A stretch of DNA of 64,000 bases from Amoebophrya sp. A120 (taxonomy: Eukaryota; Protista; Dinoflagellata). The first letter of the stretch is position 1. Each line of letters begins with the position of its first letter. A program made the translations under genes and the position numbers. The DNA lies in the NCBI GenBank assembly GCA_905178155.1, contig CAJINV010000010.1, forward strand, positions 2,996,587 through 3,060,586. Direction: 5' to 3'. Below the pieces are notes generated by a model. The model saw nothing but the letters and a program-made list of their open reading frames with translations, was not told where the DNA came from and ran no database searches. Of this stretch, positions 43,264-56,815 are shown one piece after another.

Positions 43264-44505
43264 GATGTTGATAGTAATGGCGCCAGGTGGTTCCTGCTGC
43301 CATAGACGTAAGTAGAAGTACAACTTGCATTCAAAATCCTCGTGGCTGCGACAGAAGATTCGAAATTTCACTACGGCAACGCGAGAAGATATTAGCCAGC
43401 CTAAGGCGTTGCTTTGCCTACCGCTACAGGCCGCGCGCCTATAGTCCTTTTCAGATTACCGGTCATTCACTTGTTCGCCTGTGGTTTTCACAATATTAGG
43501 ACGAGGCTCCGATTAAGTACAGCAGAGAGGACAAATTTATTTGTGATTTTCTGCTTGAAGTTCATTGATGTCCTAGTATAGATACCAACGACGGCAACTA
43601 CGGAAAAGGAAAACTAAGAAGAGGATCGCGAATTCTTTTCTTCTGGGATCGACACTGCTCGCTGTAGCATTCCTTCGTGCGGAACTTCCTCGAATTGTTC
43701 ATGTTCTGTTTCTGATCCTCTTCTTTTTGAAGATATCTTTCCTTCTTTCCATTTGTCAGATCATCTAGTTTCATCAGTCGATCGTCTTCAACATCGTGGT
43801 CAATGATTTCCAAGTATTCATTCTCTGATGCTGATCAAAAGTAGTTCTAGTTTACGCATCGATTCGTTGACCGTCTTCGTCTATTTGCTTCGACAGGCAC
43901 CACCAGCCGCCTGGTCGTAGTTCAAACACAAGCGCAAAGCTTTCATGAGTTCAAATCTAATGCTAGCGTTAAAGTTAATGATGTCAAGGTTTCTTCAAAG
44001 TTCTACCGCGTTTTAGTTGTTTTCACACCCAAGAAAAGCAGCTCCACTGTTTTTAATTGGAGGAAGTCCTCTCTTCTACGGCGCAAAAGTAGACTACACC
44101 CAACTGCTTTCCAAAACTTGTTTCGGATGATTTTCCAAAACTGCTTTCCAAAACCAAAACTCACTAGTGCTGCAGCTAGCGTTAGTACCATTTTCAAATT
44201 ATACACGTGGTTGCACTCATGTTGATACAACTTCTCGAATTGATGAAGTATAGAAATAGATGTTGAAGAAGGTCAAAGCGTCGAAATGTCGTTTTTTGTA
44301 ATGCTACGGCCATCAATTTTTGATTCGTAGTACAAACTCAAACCCAAAATCATGATCATACATGTTGTACATCATTTATTTATCCTTGGGGGGAACGTGC
44401 GGAGGGGTCGGGGTTCGAGTTCGTGTAAAGCTTGACTTAGACTTATTTCGAAAGAGTACTTAGGTACACTTCATCAACACAGTAGTTTCACTTTCACTTC
44501 ATCTC

Positions 44506-44592
44506 ATTCCACAGCATAGACTATGCTGTGGAATCCACACAATTCCGCGGCGTCGCTTTGGTTACTATGTATTGGTAACCAAAGCGACGCCG
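44506..44592. repeat. two adjacent perfect inverted repeats (14-bp and 18-bp stems)
   Basis: ATTCCACAGCATAG-A-CTATGCTGTGGAAT and CGGCGTCGCTTTGGTTAC-9nt-GTAACCAAAGCGACGCCG. Confidence 0.9.
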
Positions 44593-44658
44593 AGGCCGGA
44601 AGTCGAGTGGCGTTCTTGCAGGTGATGTGGTCAAAAATCAATGTGTGTCGACGCTTCC

Positions 44659-47295
44659 TCATCTACCATCCTGTATGGCTTTCAGGGTGACCGCGATTGC
44701 ATCGTCGTCGTTCTCGGCGGTGCCGGACCAATGCGTGATGATTTTCCTCCGCGCGATCCGTCCGCTATGGCGTTCTCAAGTGTTACATTCTCAACTGCTA
44801 CATGAATTTGTGATGCAAAAATGGCAAAAGTGAAAGGAAAGAGAAAGACCTTGTTGCGCGTCTTGCATGACAGATTTGGCACAGATTCTAAGCATGTTTG
44901 GCCGTCGGAGAATTTGTCATGCGAAGCAGCTTGATGGCGTCGATAGTCAAGGCAATTTGGCATGACAAATCATGCAACAGCTGAGAATGTAACAGTTGAG
45001 AACACCATATCCGCCGGCCTGCAGTTTGGAGATTGTTTCCGGGTTTATTCCTTGCAGAAACTCGATCACGGTCTTCGAGGAATCGTCTGGTGCAAGCACA
45101 GAAAAATCATCCCAGGAGCGGTCCTGGTTGTGGTCTTCTCCCTCCAGCAGATGCCACCGCCACAGCTTTTGCTGTTTCGGGGACGAAAGCACCGGAATAC
45201 ATCCCAGCGCCAAGCCGTCCAGCAAACCCTTGCGAGACGGAGTGTCTCCCACCGGCTGCAGGCAAAACGTGGAAGTAATCATAGCTTCGACCAACCCAGG
45301 GAGCATGTCCGGTTTTGTAGGGTCGACGTGAACGCATTGGTCGCTGTCCTTGCATATCCTGTGCAAAAGTATCGTAGGCGTACGAATCGCATTCATGCAT
45401 TACAAATTTTTTTATTAAGGCAAATCTGCATTACAAATTTAATTTGTAATGCTAAGTCAATTTCTCATGCGATTTATACTAGTACGATGCTTTTGCAGTT
45501 CATATTGCACTGGTCATTCCAAATGTGCCGGATTTTCGCGGAGGCAGCGCCGGGCGGCCGGGGACCTATCGCGGCCATGACCAGGCGCGGGCGGCCGGCT
45601 TGCTGCGTTTCGTCGACGGTGGCAAACAGCTGCTCCAGTTGCGTAGCGGTCAAACCTATCCTGTGCAAAAGCATCGTATTCGTATTGCAATCATGCATTA
45701 CAAATCTTTGTGTTAAGTCAAATCCGCATTTACAAATTTTACTTCCCATGCTGAGGAAATTTGTAATGCATTTATACGAGTACGATGCTTTTGCACAGGA
45801 TAAAACCCGCGCCAAGGGTCGGATACGGAATAGCACGCTCCGGCCGATTGCCACCGCAGGAATAGTAGTCTTCGAGGGCGACTTTTCTCATCTTCTGGAT
45901 CAAAGGCTCCTTGCTGTTCCAAAAACTGCAGACGTCGTCGAAAAGCCCCCCAACCCGCGGGGATAGCAGAATGTGCTTGCTCGCCGTGGCGTCCGTCAAA
46001 TGGGGGAGAGCAGCCAAAACTTCGTCTATCAAGTACAAAAGTGTCTGGGTCTGGAAGATTCTGAGACTTGTCATGCATGTTTTGCATGACCCAGAATGTC
46101 TGTAATGCACGACCTAGCATCACAGATTTTTTGAGGGCTTCCTGCTGCCTACTCCGAATGACAAACGCCCTCCCCGCGTAGCACAAAGTAGACTCCTGTT
46201 GCTGGTCATGCAATACACATTTTTTTTAGAGTCCAAAGTTAGCGATCACAAGTTCCAACCTTTCAGACCCAGACATATTTGCAATCCATATCGTCTGCCG
46301 TTGGGCACTTGCTCTGGTCCGGCTTGTAGCTTTCACGCCAAATAGGCACGAAAAACACATCGGCGAGGGTCGGATCTTCCACGCGGAAGGCCGTGCGCGT
46401 CAGGCGTGACTGCCAGATGCGGCCGTTGCGAAACTGGTCCGTGCTGCGAAGGGTCAGGGTGGTCGCTGGCTGTCCCGGACCCTGCTGGATCTCAACCGAG
46501 AACTCCGGCCCAAAAACGCAATCGCGTTCCTCCGCCGAGCCAGACGGAAAGGCTCTCTCGCAGTACGCATCCTCCCGCCAAACGATCTCACGGCCATTTA
46601 GCATCTGTTGGTCCGGTATCAAATGTAAAAATGTCTGGGTCTGGAAGACTCATGCTGTTTTTGCATGACACAGAAGGTCTGGCATGGAAGCTCTAGCATC
46701 ACAGGTTTCGAGAAGCTTCCGCAATGTCGAATCCGCATGACAAGTCCCCCATTTTGGTGACGGAAAGTGGGCAGCTTTTGCTACCTATGCATGAGAGATT
46801 TTTCTGTGTTCTGAAATGCGCATCACAAGTTACACTCTTCCAGACCCAGAAATTTTTGCAATCCATATCCGGAAGGTTATAGACATATACTTTTGGAGGA
46901 ATAGAATTCCCATCGCGCAAGTGGTGCTGGTGCCGCAGCCACAGGGGCAAGCCGATTCCCAAACCCAGGCCAACCAACAGCAGAGACACACCAGCGATGA
47001 TCGCCACTGTCCAGCACGTCTTTTTAGACTGGGCAGCGTCTTCGTTTCCGGTCAGAAGAGTAGAACTTTCATCATCCACATCGTCTCGGATAACTTCACC
47101 GGTGTTGTTTCGTCCGCTGGATGAGACGCGCAGGGAATGCTGTGCCTCATGGCGAAAATCCGTCCCCGCTTCGAGGTCTGCGTGTTCTTGAGCCGCGGCT
47201 TCATTGTTCGCAGGATGCTCGGCGCCAGCCGAAGGATAGCTGCGGTGGCGAGCGGCCACCTTGGATTGCTGCGTGAAAAAATTGGAGCTCGTCAT
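44659..47295 (-). CDS. exostosin-like glycosyltransferase (GT47), type II membrane protein, 6 exons
   Basis: TM helix followed by KVYVYNLP, VEDPTLADVFFVPI and STFCLQPVGDTPSRKGLLDGLALGCIPV; five introners. Confidence 0.88.
44766..45009. mobile_element. introner family C
   Basis: TIR TATGGCG.TCTCAA.TGTTACATTCTCAACTG; TSD TCCGC. Confidence 0.9.
45355..45504. mobile_element. introner family A (F)
   Basis: TSD TTGCA. Confidence 0.9.
45657..45802. mobile_element. introner family A (F)
   Basis: TSD AAACC. Confidence 0.92.
46027..46290. mobile_element. introner family B
   Basis: TSD TCGTC. Confidence 0.9.
46617..46867. mobile_element. introner family B
   Basis: TSD TCCGG. Confidence 0.9.
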
Positions 47296-48170
47296 TCGCC
47301 CAAATTGTTGGAGGACATTTAACTCCTACAGAAGAAAGTTTAAGCAAAAACAAATCATACACTAGACAGAGATGCACTCACAGATGAACCAGCTTGATTT
47401 TAATTTTCGTTTCGTCCCAACGCCAGAAATAAAACGAAATAGTGACGTTGCCTGTTAGAAGTAGTGCGGAGAATGATGGTGATCACGATCAACGGACTTT
47501 TTTATTTTTTTTGAACAACTACTCAATTTTCAAGGGAAACAAAGGAGAGCTGAACCTCTGATCTTGTTCATTTTTTTTTGTTTTTGAACCTGATGTTGTT
47601 TTATTCCCAAATTTCAATGCGATCTCATTTATGCGTCTTTATGCTCTGTTCCGATGTCGATCCACTGTACTATTCCCAGATGTTTTAGTATTCTCGTCTG
47701 AATCTGCTCTCGAGTCAAGAACTACTATTCTGTTTTTTTTTCATGTTTGTCTACGAAATTTACTCATTCACGAGGCAAAGATTTGTACATTTATATGGAA
47801 TTATCAAGAATATTCGGATACAAGGCTGAAAATTAGCTACGTTTGGAAAATAGTGACATCAGAAAAATCTAAATTTTTCGTCTCTATGCCGTGTTGAACA
47901 AAGATGAAGAACAAGAACTTGACTACTACAACGATATGCAGAACAATAACAATAACAATTATATCGTACAGGATCTACAGGCATACTCTTCGTTATCTAT
48001 CCGATAATCTTCCTTTATATGTTTTTCAATTTCATCACAGGGCTGCATTCAATTTATTTTATTCAAACAGTAGCAAAAACTAATGGACACTGTGACAAGA
48101 AACTGAAACGAACTTACATCAGAATGAGGATGAAAACTCCTTCAAAAATCACGACATTCTACCCTAGAAC

Positions 48171-51100
48171 CTACAACCCCGGCGCAATAGAAACCCGACT
48201 GCTCCGATTCCGCAGCTTTTTTGTCGGAGTTACCACATCGACTTCATCCATAGAAGGAGCAGACACTTGAAACTTCACCGCGTCGACATTTCTGAAGTCA
48301 TCGACAACAACGACGTTGTCATCCACACTGTAGTTGTCGTCGTTGCAGTGCTGGTGGTCCACCAACATGTTGACCGTTTGTTGATTGTGAGCTGCGGTTC
48401 GGGTAGCTGGAGTCGTGTCCTCCGACGTGGTAATGGTCATCTTCGACTCCTCACTGGTGCCATACAACAACCGACGGAAAGCGTTCGCGGCCGCCTCGAC
48501 CATTGGGGACGTCGTACTAGAGGGAGACACGATGTTAATCTCCCCACCGTCGTCGTGGTTCATCAACTCGTCATCTTTGTCCTCGTCTAGAAGTTCAGCA
48601 CCGGAGAAGTTCAACATAGGTTCAATCACCACATTTTTGTGCAGTTGTAAGGTGACCTGCTCCTGGTTCAGGCCCTGCGTTGTAGTCGGTCCCGGTACCG
48701 GAACAGACAAAGCCCCACTGCCATGCAGCTGCGCAACTTCGTGAAGAGCAGGCTGCTGGTGGTTCTGAGAAGCAGGTTGCATCAAATTATGCAATCCCAT
48801 CAACGGCGGCAGATGGATCATGGTAGGCGAACTGATTCTCAAGTTCGCGACCCGCAGCTGCGGCTGCTTCGTCGTACTGGCTATCAGGATGTCTTGTTGC
48901 TGTTCCACTTGAAGATGACCGTTCTCGTTGCCCCCAGCGGCAGCACAGCTCATCTTTGGACTCGGAATCAATCTCTGCGTCAAACTCTTCCACGTGTCGA
49001 TCGGTTGCAGTTGTGTACCCCGGGATTCGGTTGTGGGGGATCGTTTATTGGCGACTGCTTGGTCGTCGAAAAAGGCAGTAGAGGTTCCCACATCCGCAAC
49101 TGGACTGCTCACCTGCGTTCCCGCGTCCTCAGTAGTTGTACTGGCAGGCGGTTTTGCATCATGTTCAACATGTTGGTTCCCGCCGTAACTGCTATGCACG
49201 ACCTTCTGTTTCGGGTAGGGGGTGCGTTCCGACGTGTCGCAAATGATGGTGTTGGCCTTTGCTTCTTCATACGTCATATTCCGCATATTCGACAGCAACA
49301 TGGTTCCGGAGTTGTTACTCTTGCGGCTTTCCGTGCTGCTGCGCAGCAGCTCTTGGGTGTGTGGTTCCTGCGGTCCTGCTCCTTTCGTGCAGGTTGGAGA
49401 GGCCGTCGGGGTAGTGTAATTATCTTCCTGCTTGTGCAGCAACTCAAAGGTGGACGAGGTCGCGAGGACAACATCGTCCGTGTTCTCCCTGCTAGGAGCT
49501 GCAGAAACTGCGACTGGCACTTTGTCCGGGAACGTTTTCTTCACCGGCTTGCCATTCACCACCACGATGACACTGTGTTCGGCAGTTTTGTTTTTACTCA
49601 CACTGTCCGCGACACCGACAGGAGCAGTTGCGGTCGAGCCTTCGCCCGATTTTGAAGACTTTTCCTGCTTTTTGGTCGGCGTAGTAACTGCTTCATCTAC
49701 CGAGCTTCCTTCAGAACAAGCACTGCTTTCCTCCACCTCGAAACGGGGCGGAAACGCGTCGAATTCAGACCGGATTTTGTTCTGGATTTCGACCAAAGCA
49801 AAGCAGGTTTTCTTTGCGTTTTTCCGCAGTTTTGCGTAGGTCGACCGAAGTTTGCGCAGTTCTGGGTCCGTGACAGTTGGGGAGCGGGGGGTCACGATGT
49901 TGTCGATGAATTGAACAGCATTAATATTTTCGTGGTGCCCTCCGGCTCCAGCTCCTGGTGCCGCAACACAACCATCAGCGTCAGCTCCATTTTCCAGAAA
50001 CAGTCCCGGATTCAGGCAGATTTTCGCAGCTTCGCCCTCGACGAGAAGGAAGAGCTTGTTTTTCTGATTTGCGATAATTTGGTTGTTCTTACTCTTCTCG
50101 TTGTCTTCTTTCGCCCTATTAATTTCGCCTGTGACCGCCGCGGTTTGTTCATCGTGGTTTCCGACATCTTCTTTGGCCGTTTCCATCGCAGGAGGTTCCT
50201 CCCCATGTAGCAGTTCAACATGATCACTGGCATTCTTCAGCAGTCCCTGATGTTCTTGCGAGTTGCGCAACAACGTCGCAAAACTTTTCGCCAACAATTG
50301 CTGTTCCGAGATCAGTTCGACCGCTAGGGCACGACTTTGGTCCTCCACCACACTCGCGACCAAATTACTCGTGCTGTTTTCCAAGAAGTCTTCCATCACA
50401 GAGGTTTCTTCGTTTGTCATGCGCGGTTGGACAAGGACATTAACGTCGTGTGTCATGCTGTGATTTTCCTTTTCCATCTTCAAACCGGTCGTGTTGCAGC
50501 TCAACGTCAAAGCGTTATCCGGCATCGCCACCAGTCTCGCGGAGTGGTCAATCAACATGGAATTCTCATCGTGTTCCGTGGTGACAGAGTGGTCGTGTAA
50601 ATCCACGACAAGAACCTCCTCCTGCTTCTCTTTGGTGGCGTCGAGACTCATTTCTTCCTTGTTCTCGCAAGAACAATAACGATAACCCCCGAACAGGTTC
50701 CCTCTGCTCTGCTGCACCGCGACTTCGCGATCCTCCTTCATGGATCGGGACAAATTGTCCACCTGCAGTTGCTTCGAAAAAGAAGAAGAGCCTCCATCTG
50801 CCTCATCTTTCCGCTCTGCCTCTGTGGCAATCGCAACCGGCGCGGTCAAATACTTATTCGCGGCATTCTGCAGAATCAACCCGTTCTTGTTCTTCAACAT
50901 CAGCTCCTTTTGCGCTAAGCAATGCTCGTGTCGCTCCTGGGCTAGATCCTGCTCAATCCTCTTTTTGAGAAGAGCTTTCTGCCGCCGGGCAGCTTGGAGC
51001 TTCTCCTGAAACAGCTGTTCGTAGGTGGTGTAGGTTGGTTTGCTGGTCGTGGAAGCAGTGAGCTGGTGGTTTGCAGCTTGTTCACCTTGATGGTTGACGT

Positions 51101-53611
51101 GCTCTCCTGCTGTAGAAGTGACAACCGCAACCGCAGCGGATGGTGTAGCTGCCCCGGTGGTAGCACCACCTGCAGACGACGACCCTGTGTTCGTTTCCTC
51201 GTTCAACTGTTGAACGGCGTTGATCAAAACCGAAGTGTGGTCCAGCATTTTGTCCAGATTTTCCGCGACATCGGAATTGGTCTTTGTCGTGCTAGTATCA
51301 TGCTTGTCCGCATTAGAAAATCCACCTCCGCGGTTTTTCATCATGCCTTCCTGAACATGATCCCCCGGAAGTAGATCTTCTCGCTCTTCCGCGATGGTGA
51401 CCGGCGCGGGGTAACGCGTCGTGAAGCTGTTTATCCTGTGCAAAAGTAGCACCGCACTCGTAGTAATTGCAGTCGTGCATTACAGATTTTTTTCTTGAGG
51501 TAAATCCGCATTCCAAATTTCATTTCTCGTGCTCAGGAAATCGAAAAAATTTGTAATGCATTTATACGAGTGCGATACTTGTTTTGCAATGCATACTATT
51601 CGCGTTGTGCTGATTCCTTCCACCGGACCCAGAAAGGTGCAGGTACGTCGTCGGGGTAAGCGATTTGCTTCTGCTGCCCAAGCGGCTCAAGTTGTTTTCA
51701 TGAAGATGATCTCCAGCTTTATTTGATAGTACGTTGGCGCTGCTCGGTGTTGTTGCGTTCTTCTGCTTCGGAGCGACAACTGTCAGGGAAGACATCGAAC
51801 TCGAGTGGGTCGGCGTCTTTACGGAAGACTTCGCCGGCAACGACTTCCGCAAAACACCACTTTGAGAAGAAGTATGCTGGTGCTCCACCTTCTGTGAAGA
51901 AGATTTTTGCTGGCCAGGGTTTATTTTGCGGTCTACTCCAGCACCACGTTGAAACTGCACGGCGCGGCCGGCGGGTGAAGATTTGTTAGTAGAACCTGGC
52001 GCAGCCTTTTTGTTGTAGTTCTTGCCACCAGTAGTGTTCAAGTTCGCGGTAGAATTCGACGGGTTCATCAGAATCCTTTTTCCCCTCGCGATGCTCCTGT
52101 TCACCTTATTCACCAGTCCCTCGTGCGGGGACTGGGACCGAAGTTGTTGCTGTTGCTGTTGTTGTTTCGTCTGCTGAACAAGTGTAGTTTGTTCACGAGC
52201 CGATACAGACGTTTCCTCCTCCAGCTCAAAAGCTTTGGAATTGTACTCCCGGGTCGCGCTACCGGCTTTGATCTGCGAGTCGATTTTCTGCTGGAGGGTG
52301 GCCGAGGGGTGGTACAGCGTGTTCTTTTTCATCAAAGTCGACGTGTTCTTCGCTTTATTCGCTGCACCAGCACCCGTACCGGTACCATGTGCCTGCACGT
52401 TCTGCCTCAGCGTGGACAATTCCTTTTTCCCGGAACTCAGAACGTTCGTGCTCTTCAGTATGGCGCTCTCAACTGTTACTACACTCTCAACTGTTACATG
52501 GATTTGTGATGCAAGAATGGCAAAAGTCAAACAAAGCAGGGAGGTTGCACCTGTAGCATTACAAATTCCGCACAGATGTAGGTGCTGTTTAGTTTTTCCA
52601 AAATTTGTCATGCAGAGTAGCTTTATCTTGTGAATGTTGATGTTTGTTTTGCATTACAAATCATGTAACAGTTGAGAATGTAACAGTTGAGAGCGCCATA
52701 TTCAGATTCATGGAACTCGGGCTCTGGTCCAAGCGCTGTCGGGCGGCATTTTTAGCAGCTCCTGGCTTGGACAACTTCTTGTTGCCGGCAATTATCTTGT
52801 AATGCGTATGAACGCCGTTCGGAGACGAGGATGAAAACATCAATTCCGGGGACGAGCAGTTATTGCTTCCGCCGCGCTTCGGGCACGGGGTCGGGACCGG
52901 CGTGCGCGAACGCTGCATTTCCATCACTGTCTCCGGTTCGCGAAGATGAGCAGGAGGACCCTGATGATGCTCCGCGGAGGTCGATGAAAAACCACCCCGG
53001 GCTTTCACCGGAGAGGCAGAAGAGGGTCTCGTTGTGGTTGAAGTAGTGCCACTACTGCTGTTCATGATATCTTGCATCGTCGGTCGCGAAAGCCGCTTTG
53101 TCATCTCTCCCGACCCACTAGCCTGCAGAGGATCAACAGCACGACTCGCTGCAGCTTCATTCCTCACAGCACTGCGAATGAGGTGGACCTGGTGCAGGTT
53201 CGTCGTGCGGGCGCGGGGGGCGAAGAGGGGCTGGGTGTTCGACGCAAGAACCACCCCGGGGGGGGCTCCCTTGCGCAAATTAGCATTGCCGGTGGTAAAC
53301 GCAAACCGGTTGACGGGGCCTGTGAAACAAGCGGAGATTGGTGCGGGAGTCTTGGTTACGCCGGTCTGAAGCTGCTCGCTTTGCGCCGTCTGCTGCTGGT
53401 GCTGCTGCTGTCCGCCAAGTGTCGCATTCACCACCCGTGGTTGCGGTTTTCTGTGCAAGGCCGGGACGGAGAGCGAGGTGCGCAGGGTTAAGAGGTTCAA
53501 TCGTGGCGCGATTGGCGTCACGGCTGCAGTTGTGGATTGCAGCTCTTGATGAGATGGAAGCTGCTGTGCGTTTTCGGCACTAATAATGCCTTGCGCGGTC
53601 GTTGCGGACAT
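48171..53611 (-). CDS. large low-complexity/coiled-coil hypothetical protein (~1670 aa), 3 exons
   Basis: Three long ORFs join in frame across introners 52459-52700 and 51432-51595; AAAATG start context. Confidence 0.75.
51432..51595. mobile_element. introner family A (F)
   Basis: TSD CTGTT/CTATT. Confidence 0.9.
52459..52700. mobile_element. introner family C
   Basis: TIR TATGGCGCTCTCAACTGTTAC; TSD TTCAG. Confidence 0.92.
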
Positions 53612-54570
53612 TTTGCCTAAGTAAGTTTTTAACTCGATGCTGAAGAAGTTGCACGGGTGGGTTACAAGAAAGTAAACTAACAAACGTTTATACTTTTTGC
53701 TTTTGGTTGAAGCGTTGCAAAGAAAATTTGAATTTTGCCGTTGAGATCACTGGCAGTGGGGGCATCACATTGTTGACAGGATGACGATATGAAGGGAAGA
53801 CGACCTTTCTACTTGCATCAACAACAAAAAAGAAACAATGACGACCACGCCCATGCGAGACGGGAAGAAAAAAAGAACAGAAACAAGAGAAAAAAACTAC
53901 GTGATCACTTCACCGGTGAATTCGGTATTGTTATGCATCTCTCAGTATTGAGGCTTGTGGTTGCAACGAGGAACCAAAAAAATCCTACAAGCGAAAAAAC
54001 GGAACGAAAGTCTTCAAAGTTGAAGTTTTCCATCGAAGAAAAAAGCAGAGCAGCCACAGAACGAGCGAGAAGGGTCAACAAGCATCAGTGGTGCAGGCGG
54101 AGAACAAAACTGCTGAGCGACTGCTCCAACTCCCCCGGCTATGCAGGTTCTTCAACATTAACATTTTATTTTCATACAGATCGAACTCGTTTCCAAAAAA
54201 GTGAAGGGGTAGCAATACCAAGAAATTTGAAAGGTAGTTTTCACGTGTCTTTGGCTTTGCGCGGGTACAAAAATCAATTCGTCGTCAAACTCAACAAAAT
54301 AAAACAGACCGGCGTACTATCCAGACACGTACTAGAACCGGGCGTCGGTGCTTGTTGTACTAGAAATGGTAGAAGACATACACTTGGAAGATCAGCATGA
54401 GAAGTGGTGTAAGACAGGCTACAAGCAAATACTCCACATCGTCAAGCACAGTAATATTCCCTTTCTTTTCGTGCTCGGTTTGAAGGTTGCTTGTTGTACT
54501 AGTACTAGCTCGCGTCCACCTCGCACACGCGCCACACCTCCACCCCCCGGCCTCCACCTGTTCCGTGTCT

Positions 54571-55696
<1,126 letters not shown>

Positions 55697-56815
55697 GGTT
55701 TTTTTTTTGTATCGGGTGCTTTGAATAGGTGGGTTCTTGGTTTCAAGTCAGATTGTTTTACCGTGAACTTCTTCTAAGGTGAACCTCACTACAATAAATT
55801 TTGGTGATGTCGCTCGCTCGTTGACTTGCTACAAGGTTGTTGGTGTGAATGCGGATCGCATGTTGTATATCGTGCGGATTCGTCTGACTTTCTGCGTTTA
55901 TCGAGCGCAGGGTCATCAGCCTTGTCGTATTGAAAACATTGGTCGCACTCTTAATATTTTTCTCTATGGAATGAGAACGTCAACGTTGTTTTTCTATACC
56001 TCGTGCGTTTAGTGCCTGAAGGACAAGTAGCAGAGGGGCGAAGGTAAGAAGGACAGGACGGTGCTACTACAGTTGCACATTTGCTGCTAAATTTTGCAAT
56101 AGCTACGACTAGGCTCGTTGGCGAGAGTTGTTCTTCTTTCGTTTATCTAAAGCCAAATGGATCTTCATCTTCTTCTTTTAGAGATTTCTCCCGAGAATAT
56201 TTCTATTTTGCTTCTACTTGCGAATGTGAAAAACTGTCCGAGGACAGCGATACCATGAGAATAGATCTTTCTTTGTTCGCTCTATCTCGGTAGGAGCTCA
56301 CAAGTCAGTAGTAGCCTCATGATCGATACTAGTCACTCGCAGCTCCGAGCGAGGAACAACATCGTCTTTTTTCAGAAGGTGAAGCGCAAGGTTAACGCTG
56401 GATACCCTGTGGTATGTCAATCTGGCGAAACAAAAAAAGTTCATGTAGGTTTGGTTTTCACTGCCATCCGGCATGCAAGGGGTTGGGTTATGTATGTGCT
56501 ATGTAGTTCTTCATGCACATGCTCTTCTACGTCTATGAATTAGATATACTTTAGTTTCAGATGAACTACGCTCAGCGACGTTGACTATCATGTACTAACA
56601 AGTGCGCCAGGGAGGTTCTTTATGAATTCGGTATAGCGAACCAAGACTACCAAATAAACCAAAATGAAACTTCTGAAATGAGTGTGGTGGATCAAAGCAA
56701 ATCAAATACAGTTAGAGCGCAACACAAAGAATAGCGGTAAAGCAGGGACCAAAAAAGTACAAGCCCCCCGATCAATCTTACAGCTGTGCAGCACTTCTTC
56801 ATCTCGAACTAGCTT

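Noticed and set aside
44380-44440. tRNA/SINE-like B-box (GGTTCGAG)
   Set aside because: No cloverleaf or A-box could be built around it.
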